Below are positions 39,978 through 49,656 of a DNA stretch of 64,000 nt, piece by piece. How positions within the stretch are numbered: position 1 is the first letter of the stretch; each line of letters begins with the position of its first letter. Under the pieces are notes generated by a model, which ran no database searches, had not been told where the DNA came from, and saw only the letters and a program-made list of their open reading frames with translations. The translations under genes were made by a program, and so were the position numbers. This stretch comes from Waddliaceae bacterium (lineage in GTDB: Bacteria > Chlamydiota > Chlamydiia > Chlamydiales > SLFE01), in contig CAWAPJ010000028.1 of the NCBI GenBank assembly GCA_963783885.1, positions 1-64,000 of the forward strand, read 5' to 3'.

Positions 39978-40223
39978 ATGGGCAAAACCAAGGACGAACG
40001 ATTTTTGCTCCGCCTTTATGAAATGGCCCGCGAATGCGACGACCCCAAGACCCCATTAAACCGAGACGCTGTCGGAAAAACTATCGGACTCTCTCCGAAA
40101 GCCTCCAAAACGATCTGCAATCTCTTAGCGCAGGCAAATTTTATCCGTAAATACAATCATGATGAAATTTATCTTACCGATCAGGGAATCCAACTCGCAA
40201 AACAGTTGCAGAAAGAGGCATGA
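39978..40223 (+). CDS. Small hypothetical protein, winged-helix-like
   Basis: 81 aa, operonic with cysS; LLAQANFIRK..IYLTDQG wing pattern. Confidence 0.65.
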   Translation: MGKTKDERFLLRLYEMARECDDPKTPLNRDAVGKTIGLSPKASKTICNLLAQANFIRKYNHDEIYLTDQGIQLAKQLQKEA

Positions 40224-40522
40224 AACGTAAAGAATTCTTTAGCAGACTCCTATTAGAAGTTCTCGACAATCCCCTCTCTTTCGCCTTGGAAGAGCTTGCC
40301 GAAACGAAAGAGAGGCCACCCGGCGCCCTAGACGAAACTCAATTTAAAAAAACCTGCACCGGATGCGACCAGTGCATGATCGCCTGCCCTGTCAACGTCA
40401 TCATGATCGAGGACCAAGAAACCCGCCTCCCGGTCATCTATCCCGAAAAAGATCCCTGTATCCACTGTGAAGATACCCCATGCATCGACGCCTGTCCTAC
40501 TGGGGCACTTAAGAAAGCGTAG
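40220..40522 (+). CDS. 4Fe-4S ferredoxin (NapF/MauM-like)
   Basis: RPPGA..CTGCDQCMIACP and CIHCEDTPCIDACPTGAL. Confidence 0.85.
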   Translation: MKRKEFFSRLLLEVLDNPLSFALEELAETKERPPGALDETQFKKTCTGCDQCMIACPVNVIMIEDQETRLPVIYPEKDPCIHCEDTPCIDACPTGALKKA

Positions 40523-40533
40523 TGATAATATTG

Positions 40534-41367
40534 TTATAATCCCAGTAAAGATAAGGCATGATAAATAAGCATTCCATCAATATTCGGAATCACTTCAAAA
40601 ATCTCAAGATTCTCGTTATTCTTTTTTAATTGTGCCAATATTTTTTGAGAACTTTTGCAAAGATTGCGATGAGAAACATACAATTTTTTCAACCTCAAGT
40701 TTTGAAATTCAGTAGGGAGAGTTTTAAGCTGGGTATTTATCAGGTATAAGGATTTCAACTTTTTGAGTTTGCCTATTTCAGGAGGCAAGGATTTGAGAGG
40801 ATAATGTATTTTGAGAGTTTGTAATTCTGTGAAGTCTCCTATTTCAGGAGGAAGGTGCTCAGGCAGTTCAGAAGCGGAAAGTAACATGGGGAGATGAATC
40901 AAAGGCACTAGATTATGGTGTAAGTATCTCCTCCATCTCCCAGCCTCAACAAAATCGTTAGTACATTGAACAAAACCTCCGCCAATGAATTTTCTGGCAA
41001 ACTTGCAAAGGGCGACATCTTTTTTTTGTCTTATCTGATCTCAAACAACGGCAATGTTTGATTGAAGGGAAGCAGGAATTTCATAATCAATACATAGCCG
41101 GCTGAATTCACGATAATAATCCGAAAAAGGGATGTTAATCTCTTTAAAATTAAGTTCCGTAATATATTTTTTATAGAGTTTCACTATGTCACTTAAACGA
41201 GTGTCGACGATCTTTTTTACTTCATGGTTTACACATCTAAGAGAAAGTAAATCGGGCACATGTAGATACGAAAGTATCTCCAAAGAAATTTCAGGCGGCA
41301 GCGCGGAAGAAAAGTCAACACGCTTTTTTTCCGTTGTCATTATGTTATAAAATGTATTGGGTCCCAT
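40534..41367 (-). pseudogene. F-box + leucine-rich-repeat protein interrupted by one in-frame TGA
   Basis: F-box LPPEISLEILSYL..LRCVN (41041-41367) and LRR LPPEIG (40534-40908) are in the same frame with 44 open codons between; the only stop is TGA at 41041-41043. Confidence 0.8.
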
Positions 41368-41472
41368 ATAATAATTTAAATTTTCATAATTATATAATAA
41401 TTATGATTAAATTGTAATAAATAAATTATTTTAGTTTGTCAATTGCTCCTAATTTTGTATAATAGTTAAATT

Positions 41473-42747
41473 ATGTTAAAAAAATATTTAACGCTTTCAA
41501 TTATTGCTTTATTAACAGCCTCTTGCTCTCAGGCTATCGATCGGCGCGATGCCTACATCAGGCCATACCATGCGGGACAGTTCGAAGAAGCCAATCGGCG
41601 TGTGACAAACTTAATTGACAATCCGGCTAATTCTCAAGATGCTGTCTGGCTGCTTTTGGATCGCGCTACGATCAATTTTACCTCGGGAAACAGCGATCAG
41701 GCCCTATCCGATTATCAGCTCGCCATCGAGGCCATCGATTTTTATTCCCAAAACTGCACCGCCGAAAACCTGGAAAAAGTGATTCTGCAAGAGGGAATCG
41801 GGGCCTATGCGGGCGAAGATTTTGAACAAATCCTGGCCAGAATTTACTTTGCCCTCGCCCTCCACTACTGCGGCGATGACGGAAACGCTATGGCCCTGCT
41901 TAGACAAGCGGAAAATATTCAGCAAAAGAAAAGGGAAATCTACAGGAAATGCAAACTGACTCAAGAATACAGTCTCATTGACAATGCTTTTGGCAAATAT
42001 TTACTAGCGGCAATGTCGGAAAAAAAGGGTGACTTAAGCAATGCCCGCATCCTCTATAACCAGTTCGGACAATTAACCGGCTGCCAGGCTGCTCCATCAG
42101 ATCCATCGCTAGCGACAGTCTTGCTAATTTGCCACAATGGCAATGCCCCGTTTAAGATTCCTATTCGCTTGCCGCCGAGCGTGGCGTCAACTGCCGCGTT
42201 AAACGCGCTTGCCATAGGCAATCCCAAACCGCGCCTTTCCAGCCTAAGCGGCATATCTACACCCGCTTTGTCATACTGGATTCAAAACAGTCACCAGCAA
42301 GCGCTTGTTTATTTTGAAGGAAGGACCACTCCCCTTCTTCCCTGCTTCGATATCGGCAAAACTGCCCGCAAGCAGCTTAAGGCACAAATTCCCAATATTG
42401 TCGCTCGAGGCCTCGCTAGACAAATGATCCGTTTTGCGACAGTCGAAGCCGCGGCGCGCTTAGATCCACTGGCCGGCTGCATTGCTGACATTGCTCTGCT
42501 TGCGGCTAACTGCCAAACAAAAGCGGATGTAAGATCCTGGACCACTCTTCCCCGAACACTGGATCTGGCTCGAATAGATACTGAACCCGGAAGGCAGGAG
42601 CTGACGATTCTGATCGGTTCGCAATCTTATCCTCTGACTCTTGATCTGAAGCCCCGTGATCTTTGCCTCATCCATATTTTTAACATTCATCCCGGAATCA
42701 CCACTCTGCTGGTTCCCGATAGATTTCTAAAAGGAGACAAAATATGA
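41473..42747 (+). CDS. TPR-like lipoprotein (COG3014-like)
   Basis: Lipobox LTASC; YAGEDFE, ADVRSWTTLP motifs. Confidence 0.75.
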   Translation: MLKKYLTLSIIALLTASCSQAIDRRDAYIRPYHAGQFEEANRRVTNLIDNPANSQDAVWLLLDRATINFTSGNSDQALSDYQLAIEAIDFYSQNCTAENLEKVILQEGIGAYAGEDFEQILARIYFALALHYCGDDGNAMALLRQAENIQQKKREIYRKCKLTQEYSLIDNAFGKYLLAAMSEKKGDLSNARILYNQFGQLTGCQAAPSDPSLATVLLICHNGNAPFKIPIRLPPSVASTAALNALAIGNPKPRLSSLSGISTPALSYWIQNSHQQALVYFEGRTTPLLPCFDIGKTARKQLKAQIPNIVARGLARQMIRFATVEAAARLDPLAGCIADIALLAANCQTKADVRSWTTLPRTLDLARIDTEPGRQELTILIGSQSYPLTLDLKPRDLCLIHIFNIHPGITTLLVPDRFLKGDKI

Positions 42748-43349
42748 AAACAAAACTTCCAATTCTCTTGATGATTCTTGCTCTGATGACTGCCTCCTGC
42801 GGAGGGAGAAGACTGCGCATAGCTGAAGACATCACCCCCGGCAATTACTTTTATACAAAACTCGACTGGCGCTACGGTTCCGGAGACATCCGCATTCAAC
42901 TGTATAAGCTCTGTTCTGTGCTCATGAACAACTGGCAGACAAAAATCGGATACGACGCCTTCTACAAACCCCGCATTGTCATTACCGATATCGACAACTG
43001 CACAGACGAGTACATTTCAACCGAAATGATACGGGACATTCTCGAGGAAATCGCTGTCAACGACGGACGTTTTACAGTCGTTGCCGGAGATAGATGCGAC
43101 CGCGCCGAACTCGATGCGTGGATGGACCGCATCTTAAACGACTCGAAATTTGATAACAGCTCCCGAATCAAACCAAGCGGAGCTATAGCCCCGCAATTTC
43201 TTGCGAAAGTCAGGATTACAAAAGCCATCGCCTCCGACCGATGTTATGATTATCAAGACTATCGGATGACCGTCAATCTTTATGACATCGAAACAGGATG
43301 CGCGATTGACTCGGCAAGCGACCTGCTTCGTAAGCGAATAAGATCTTGA
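42744..43349 (+). CDS. Lipoprotein, LpoB/CsgG-like fold
   Basis: Lipobox MTASC; KPRIVITDIDNCTDEYI, DYRMTVNLYDIETG; typical partner of COG3014. Confidence 0.65.
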   Translation: MKTKLPILLMILALMTASCGGRRLRIAEDITPGNYFYTKLDWRYGSGDIRIQLYKLCSVLMNNWQTKIGYDAFYKPRIVITDIDNCTDEYISTEMIRDILEEIAVNDGRFTVVAGDRCDRAELDAWMDRILNDSKFDNSSRIKPSGAIAPQFLAKVRITKAIASDRCYDYQDYRMTVNLYDIETGCAIDSASDLLRKRIRS

Positions 43350-43352
43350 TTC
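43322..43352 (+). repeat. 31-bp direct repeat, left copy (island boundary)
   Basis: CCTGCTTCGTAAGCGAATAAGATCTTGATTC, identical to 59531-59561. Confidence 0.95.
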
Positions 43353-44026
43353 CTATGCGCCCAAGAAACATCTCCGAGAGGAAATTGCAGGGGCTATGCG
43401 CGACATCTTCAACAGTCCCACGCTGACCGCAGCGGAGCAAACCGTTCGGGAAGTCTCGTGCCACTTCGCCAAGTCAGCACCCGAGTTCGTGTCGTGGCTC
43501 GACGAAAACATCCAGGAGGGATTGACGTGTTACCGGTTTCCTCAAAAGCACCGGAAGCGCATCCGAACCACTAACGGCCTTGAACGAGTCAACCGAGAGG
43601 TAAAACGCCGCACGCGCGTGGCCGTGTTGTTCCCCAATGCGCCGTCAGCACTGCGACTGGTTACAGCAGTGCTGATGGAAGTCCATGAAGAGTGGGTGAC
43701 TGGCAAGATGTACTTGGATATGACGATTGAAGATGAGATAAAGCGTCACGAATCGGTGGCTGCTATGTAAGTGTAAATGGAGCCTGAAAGATTTTTCGCG
43801 CAGCCAACCCTCACTAGCAAAGAGGCCAGCCGCAGACGTGCTGTCAAGGCCGAGCGAAGCAAGCCGAAGGGGAGCCTTGACAACACGTCAAGGCTGGCCT
43901 ATGCAGTTGGAGAGGGATGGATGCAGCAAAAATCTTGAAAGGCGATATCTGGCGTAATATTACGACCAGACAGGGACCGAAAACAACAAAGGATGATGGA
44001 ATTTACAGAAAAACAGTTGCTTTATC
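43353..44026 (+). mobile_element. IS256-family remnant (transposase C-terminus and right end)
   Basis: RIRTTNGLERVNREVKRRTRV..FPN; frame open back to the repeat junction; end AATTTACAGAAAAACAGTTGCTTTATC. Confidence 0.85.
43782..43943 (+). repeat. Long imperfect hairpin in IS256 3' end
   Basis: Arms GCCT..AAGATTTTT..AGGCCAGCC..GACGTG.TGTCAAGGC / GCCTTGACA.CACGTC..GGCTGGCCT..AAAAATCTT..AGGC. Confidence 0.85.
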
Positions 44027-46426
44027 GTGGCAATCGGCCACTCTCTTGAAATTCAACAAGCTCTAAAAGATACCCATTACTGCTTAAACCATGGTCAAAA
44101 TCTGGATCTTATGATTTTAAATATCGCGATAAGATGCTTGGTTACATTTTTACCGTTGAAATAAAAATTTCAATTATCTAGCTTTCAGATATTTGTATAA
44201 TCTTTTTTATGAATCGAAATGTCTTCTATCCGCTGCCCTAAAAAATCAGAAGTTATCTATCGACCTCGTAAACCTGAGAAAACGGTTCTTTTTGACGTCA
44301 TAAAAAGACACTACAAGACATGGTACAAAAACTCTGAAAACCCCATTCCCAAATACGTAGACAGGGAATTCCATAAGTATTTGGAATGCGGTATATTAGC
44401 TAATGGATTCGCTTGTGCTCATTGTGCTGACTGCAACAAAGACATTTTCATTGCTTTTTCCTGTAAAGGCCGGGGTATCTGCCCATCTTGCAACACACGA
44501 ACAATGGTTGAAACAGCTGCCCATCTTGTTGAAAATGTCATTCCCTCCATTCCCATCAGACAATTTGTAATCAGTTTCCCTATGCGGATTAGGCATTACC
44601 TTCAAACGTACAAAATCCTCCAGACCGTTTTAAATATTGTCGTCGATGAAATTCGAAAGAGACTTATCATCTGTAGTCCGGATATCGTATACCCGCAAAT
44701 CGGCATCATAAGCTTCATCCAGTATTTCGGAAAGACACTAAATTTCCATCCTCATTTCCATCTTATTGTGGCCGATGGCCTCTTTAGCAAAGATGGCAGC
44801 GATCTTCTCTTTCACGAGGCCTCTTTGACTCCCGATGATATTGCGGATACCCAGGATTGCATAAGAAAAAGAGTGCTCAGGTATTTCAAGACATGGTACA
44901 AAAACTCTGAAAACCCCATTCCCAAATACGTAGACAGGGAATTCCATAAGTATTTGGAATGCGGTATATTAGCTAATGGATTCGCTTGTGCTCATTGTGC
45001 TGACTGCAACAAAGACATTTTCATTGCTTTTTCCTGTAAAGGCCGGGGTATCTGCCCATCTTGCAACACACGAACAATGGTTGAAACAGCTGCCCATCTT
45101 GTTGAAAATGTCATTCCCTCCATTCCCATCAGACAATTTGTAATCAGTTTCCCTATGCGGATTAGGCATTACCTTCAAACGTACAAAATCCTCCAGACCG
45201 TTTTAAATATTGTCGTCGATGAAATTCGAAAGAGACTTATCATCTGTAGTCCGGATATCGTCATACCCGCAAATCGGCATCATAAGCTTCATCCAGTATT
45301 TCGGAAAGACACTAAATTTCCATCCTCATTTCCATCTTATTGTGGCCGATGGTCTCTTTAGCAAAGATGGCAGCGATCTTCTCTTTCACGAGGCCTCTTT
45401 GACTCCCGATGATATTGCGGATACCCAGGATTGCATAAGAAAAAGAGTGCTCAGGTATTTTGGGAGGAAGGGCTGGTTTGATAAGCAGACGATAAAACGA
45501 ATGCTCTCTAATGAAAACAGCGGCTTTTCACTCGATGCTAAAGTAAGAGTCCCCTCTTGGGATCGAGAAGGATTAGAGCGCCTGATAAGATACTGTGCCC
45601 GCCCTAGCTTTGCGAGCGAGAATTTGCGGTGGAATGGCCCTTGGATTCATTATCGCCTTCCAAAGCCTACTCACACAGGCAAAAGCTTTGTCCAGATAGA
45701 ACCCCTGGAATTTATCGAGAGGATTTCCCGATTCATTCCTCCTACCCGCCGACATCTCCGCCATTATCATGGAGTTTTTGCTCCTAATTCCCCTTTAAGG
45801 AAGAAGGTGGCTGCCAGCGCTCAAAAACGGCCAGAATCCAGCATCCAGAAAAATTTACAAGAGTCTTCAAAGAAGGTTATAAAGGTCTCATTCGACTGGG
45901 CTAAGCTCATCGCACGTATTTACAAAACTGATCCGTTGCTCTGTCAATGCGGAAAAAAGATTAAAATTACCTCATTTGTCATCCATACAGCTGAAATCAG
46001 ACGCATATTAAAACGAATAGGCTGGTCGAGCGAGATCCAGATGTTCGATCCGCCCTACCCTCCCCCTGAAATGAACATCTGCCAGCTGCTGCCCTGGACA
46101 GAGGATGGGTTTTCCCAGGTAGAAGATCGCACTCTAGGAGAATGGGGCCCAGATCCTCCAGCCATAGATCCGCCCCATTGGACAGACAACATCGACCCAC
46201 CTTTTTGGGAAGATTGAACCAAATACGATAATCTCTTCAGAAGGGGCTCGATACCTTTTGCTCTCATTCTCCCCCAAATCAGACATGTCTCTGCCAAAAT
46301 CTGGAAGTAAACCTAAAATTAACAATTTGAGGCTAATTATCGCTCAAAAATAAAGGAATTTAAGCCCACCCGTCCGACCATCCAAAGGGGGATAAGGGCT
46401 TAGACATGCTTAATTTTCCTATCCTT
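44027..46426 (+). mobile_element. IS91-family (rolling-circle, HUH/Y2) element, copy 1; left boundary approximate
   Basis: Zn-binding FSCKGRGICPSC, HUH motif FHPHFH, RLIRYCARP, RHYHGVFAPNS; right end TTAATTTTCCTATC resembles oriIS. Confidence 0.85.
44219..46217 (+). pseudogene. IS91-family transposase with internal duplication and +1 frameshift
   Basis: 44314-44886 repeated at 44887-45460; extra C near 45262 shifts the frame. Confidence 0.85.
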
Positions 46427-46433
46427 CAAAGCA

Positions 46434-47006
46434 GTGATGATCAGGGAATCTAGCGCTCATAGAATAGCAGAATTGTCTAGAAGTGCTTATAATGCTCTAT
46501 CTATAGGAAGCTATGTAACTGCTTATATATTATGTAGAGCCATTATGGAAACCGAAAGCCTTTTCTTTTCAATGTTTATAGAAGTCGAAAAAGCTTTAGA
46601 AACAAATAGCATTCAAAATCTTGAGAAATTTCTTGACAAATGTGTTTTTGGTGCAAAGTCTCGAATTTCTAAGGAGCACGGCAGAGAGTATGATCCAATT
46701 CATGTACTTAATACCGTCAGAGATAAGATGGATAAAAATTTCCCTGGATATTTTGATCATTATGAGTTCCTTTCAGAATTTTCACACCCAAATTCAAGTG
46801 GTTTAATAAATGCTTATGTTAAGATAAACTACGATGAAGGGATAATTAAATTTGGAAAAGAACTAGGAATTCTAAAGATGGAGTATGTCTTAAAACCTTT
46901 AATTACATCATTATCAATGTTTATAGATGGGTACAATGAATTTGCAAATTTGTTAAAAAAGCTCATATCGTTTTGCGAGACATTACAAAATACAGAGAAT
47001 CAGTGA
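46434..47006 (+). CDS. 5'-truncated hypothetical protein (RxxxE...LSExxHP helical family, DUF5677-like)
   Basis: ILCRAIMET and YEFLSEFSHPN; begins right at the IS91 end with no SD. Confidence 0.55.
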   Translation: MMIRESSAHRIAELSRSAYNALSIGSYVTAYILCRAIMETESLFFSMFIEVEKALETNSIQNLEKFLDKCVFGAKSRISKEHGREYDPIHVLNTVRDKMDKNFPGYFDHYEFLSEFSHPNSSGLINAYVKINYDEGIIKFGKELGILKMEYVLKPLITSLSMFIDGYNEFANLLKKLISFCETLQNTENQ

Positions 47007-47009
47007 GTT

Positions 47010-47037
47010 ATGCAACATAAGCTATGTTATCAGACGT
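47010..47037 (-). other. Candidate dif-like (Xer) recombination site
   Basis: Minus strand ACGTCTGATAA-CATAGC-TTATGTTGCAT: 11-6-11 layout, right arm 9/11 to TTATGTTAAAT. Confidence 0.45.
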
Positions 47038-47178
47038 TGTTTGATATCCTTACCCATCTAAACCTTTAAAGATTTAAATAACTTTTTCCCTTTTGGATTC
47101 CACTTCAATCATCTAAAACAGTATTGGACAGTGGAAACAAAAATGTGATAAAATTTTGGTCTATTTTATAATTATCGA

Positions 47179-48072
47179 GTGATAAGCATGCTTCGAATCC
47201 TTAGCCTATTCTTTTCCATTCATGTCATTATTTTTCCCCTGAACCTTTTTGGTTGGACGAGTATGACCCAAGTAATTGCTTCAGAAATTGTTAAATCCAA
47301 AGTAAGTGATAAAACGATCGAAAATATGGAGTGCCTTTACAATCGCGAGGTACAGAATCCGATGCCAAATGATTGGGTCTCATCTTTCTATTGGTTTAGA
47401 GGTGTTGTCAACGATAGTCTTTTTCATTTGTATAGTTGGCAGATTTATCCTCGACCCTTTGACCCTTATGGGTTACTCTCTCCTGAAGATGAGCGTTGTA
47501 TTCTGGCCTCCTATAAAAACAATTCTTTAGTATCTGCGCTGAAAGAATCTAAAAGGGCATTTAAACATTGGAAGGCAAGTTCTTGGGAACGTAATTTTAT
47601 GATTCGGATTTTCATAAATGGAGTTTTGGATGTTCATCAACCCTGTCGTTGTGCGAATTTCTACAGCCCTGATTTTAAAGAAGGAAATTTGGCCGGACTT
47701 TATCATATTGTGATATATGAAGGTCGTACTTATAGCTTAGTAGAGCTATGGGACAGTTTGTTTGGAGAAGCTTTGGCTGATTGTGAGCGGGATTTAACAT
47801 GTGAAAATCGCGAAAAAACGAAAGAGATAGCTATGAGACTCATGGAACGTTACCCGGAAGAATCATTTGATGAGATTATGAGTGGTGAATTTCAAGATTG
47901 GGCGGATGAAAGCTATCAAATCGCTATAGACCATATCTATCAGGAAATTCAAGATCATGGTGTTATTACATCAGAATATGTTGAAAGGTGTAGACCAATT
48001 GCTGAAAGACAACTCGTTTTAGCTTCTTATCGGTTGGCCTATTTGTTGGAGGGTATGACAAGTGGATATTGA
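47179..48072 (+). CDS. S1/P1 nuclease-family protein, degenerate active site
   Basis: Signal peptide then W; DVHQP, EGN, LWDS, WADES, QLVLASYRLAYLL motifs. Confidence 0.75.
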   Translation: MISMLRILSLFFSIHVIIFPLNLFGWTSMTQVIASEIVKSKVSDKTIENMECLYNREVQNPMPNDWVSSFYWFRGVVNDSLFHLYSWQIYPRPFDPYGLLSPEDERCILASYKNNSLVSALKESKRAFKHWKASSWERNFMIRIFINGVLDVHQPCRCANFYSPDFKEGNLAGLYHIVIYEGRTYSLVELWDSLFGEALADCERDLTCENREKTKEIAMRLMERYPEESFDEIMSGEFQDWADESYQIAIDHIYQEIQDHGVITSEYVERCRPIAERQLVLASYRLAYLLEGMTSGY

Positions 48073-49651
48073 CCGAAAAGAAAAAGGGAAGCCATTTCCT
48101 GTAGGTATTCAGGATTTTAAGCGAATACAACAGGATGACTATCTTTATATTGACAAAACCGAAATTATCTACCAAATGATAAAAAATAATGTCGGAGTAT
48201 TTCTTTCAAGGCCAAGAAGATTTGGAAAATCGCTTCTTGTATCTACCTTAAAAGCTATTTTCTTAGGGAATAAAGAATTGTTTAATGGTCTGTGGATAGC
48301 GACAAGTGATTACGAATGGAAGAAATATCATCTGATTGATATGGATTTTTCCAGATTGGTTTCATCGAGCACAGTTGCCCTATCAAGTTCTCTTCAATCT
48401 ATGCTAGAAGGAATTGCCAAAAGTTTTGGTTTGGACAATGTCATGGCAGATTATCCGTCGGTATCTTTGATTAATATTGTGAAGAAGTTATCTGAGACAG
48501 AAAAAGTTGTTATTTTGATAGATGAGTATGATAAGCCATTAGTTCATCATTTTGGCAATGTTGATTTACTTTCATCTAATAGAAATCTTTTACGTGATTT
48601 TTTTATGGCGATCAAGTCCCTTTCAAGCCATATACAGTTTACTTTCGTAACAGGCGTAAGTAAGTTTACTAAGGTGTCGCTTTTTTCCGGAATGAATAAT
48701 TTGGAAGATATTTCATTAGAGGCTGAATATAGTTCACTTGTCGGTCTAACAGAGCCTGAAATTACTAGAGATTTCAAGATTCAACTTCATGATACGGCAA
48801 CAATGCGAAAAGAAGATCTCGCTGCTACCCTAAACGCAATGAAAACATGGTATAATGGCTATCGATTTTTTAAAGAAGGAAAAGGAAGTCTCGTTTATAA
48901 CCCGCTTTCTGTCATGCAATTTTTACGTAAACATCGACTGGATAATTTTTGGTTCTCGACGGCAACTCCAACATTTGCCATTGAACTGATCAAGAAAAGA
49001 GAATTTCCCGTTACACGTTTTGAGGAGGGGCCAATCGCGGGAATGGAAATAGAAGAAAGTCATGAGGTAGACGATATTGACCTTACAACTCTTCTGTATC
49101 AAACTGGATATTTGACGATCCGAGAATACGATGAAAAATCCCAATTTTATCGATTGGGATTTCCAAATGAAGAGGTCCGTCGATCTTTCTTAGAACATCT
49201 TCTGCATGGATTTTCCGAGATTGAGTCGTCAGATATCAATAGTGGAATATTTTCTATCTCAAAAGCAATCAAAGATGGAGACTTGGATTCATTTGTTAAG
49301 TCTTTCAATGCATTATTGTCCGGAACACCATATCAGCTTCATATCAAGAAGGAGGCCTATTATCACTCCTTGATATATTTGGTTTTGCGTGCGCTTGGGT
49401 ACAAAGTGGATGCTGAGATATGTACAAGTAAAGGGCGCATTGATATGGTCCTTGAAACATCCAAAAATATATACATTTTTGAATTTAAAATTGATAAGAG
49501 CGCAAAAGAGGGCTTTGATCAAATTTTGGAGCAGGGATACCACGAAAGATTTCTAAATGACAAGCGAGGCATCATACTGGTAAGTATGAATTTTAGTAGC
49601 GAATCACGTACAATCAATGATTGGAGAAAGATTGATTATAAGGAAATATAA
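48062..49651 (+). CDS. AAA-ATPase-like + PD-(D/E)XK nuclease protein
   Basis: PVGIQDF, LSRPRRFGKSL, ILIDEYDKP, WYNGY, GRIDMVL..IFEFK. Confidence 0.9.
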   Translation: MDIDRKEKGKPFPVGIQDFKRIQQDDYLYIDKTEIIYQMIKNNVGVFLSRPRRFGKSLLVSTLKAIFLGNKELFNGLWIATSDYEWKKYHLIDMDFSRLVSSSTVALSSSLQSMLEGIAKSFGLDNVMADYPSVSLINIVKKLSETEKVVILIDEYDKPLVHHFGNVDLLSSNRNLLRDFFMAIKSLSSHIQFTFVTGVSKFTKVSLFSGMNNLEDISLEAEYSSLVGLTEPEITRDFKIQLHDTATMRKEDLAATLNAMKTWYNGYRFFKEGKGSLVYNPLSVMQFLRKHRLDNFWFSTATPTFAIELIKKREFPVTRFEEGPIAGMEIEESHEVDDIDLTTLLYQTGYLTIREYDEKSQFYRLGFPNEEVRRSFLEHLLHGFSEIESSDINSGIFSISKAIKDGDLDSFVKSFNALLSGTPYQLHIKKEAYYHSLIYLVLRALGYKVDAEICTSKGRIDMVLETSKNIYIFEFKIDKSAKEGFDQILEQGYHERFLNDKRGIILVSMNFSSESRTINDWRKIDYKEI

Positions 49652-49656
49652 CCCTC

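Noticed and set aside
41452-41481. ATTTTGTATAA-N8-TTATGTTAAAA as a dif/cer site
   Set aside because: Spacer is 8 rather than 6, the region is very AT-rich, and the arms are explained by a TATAAT box and the lipoprotein start codon.
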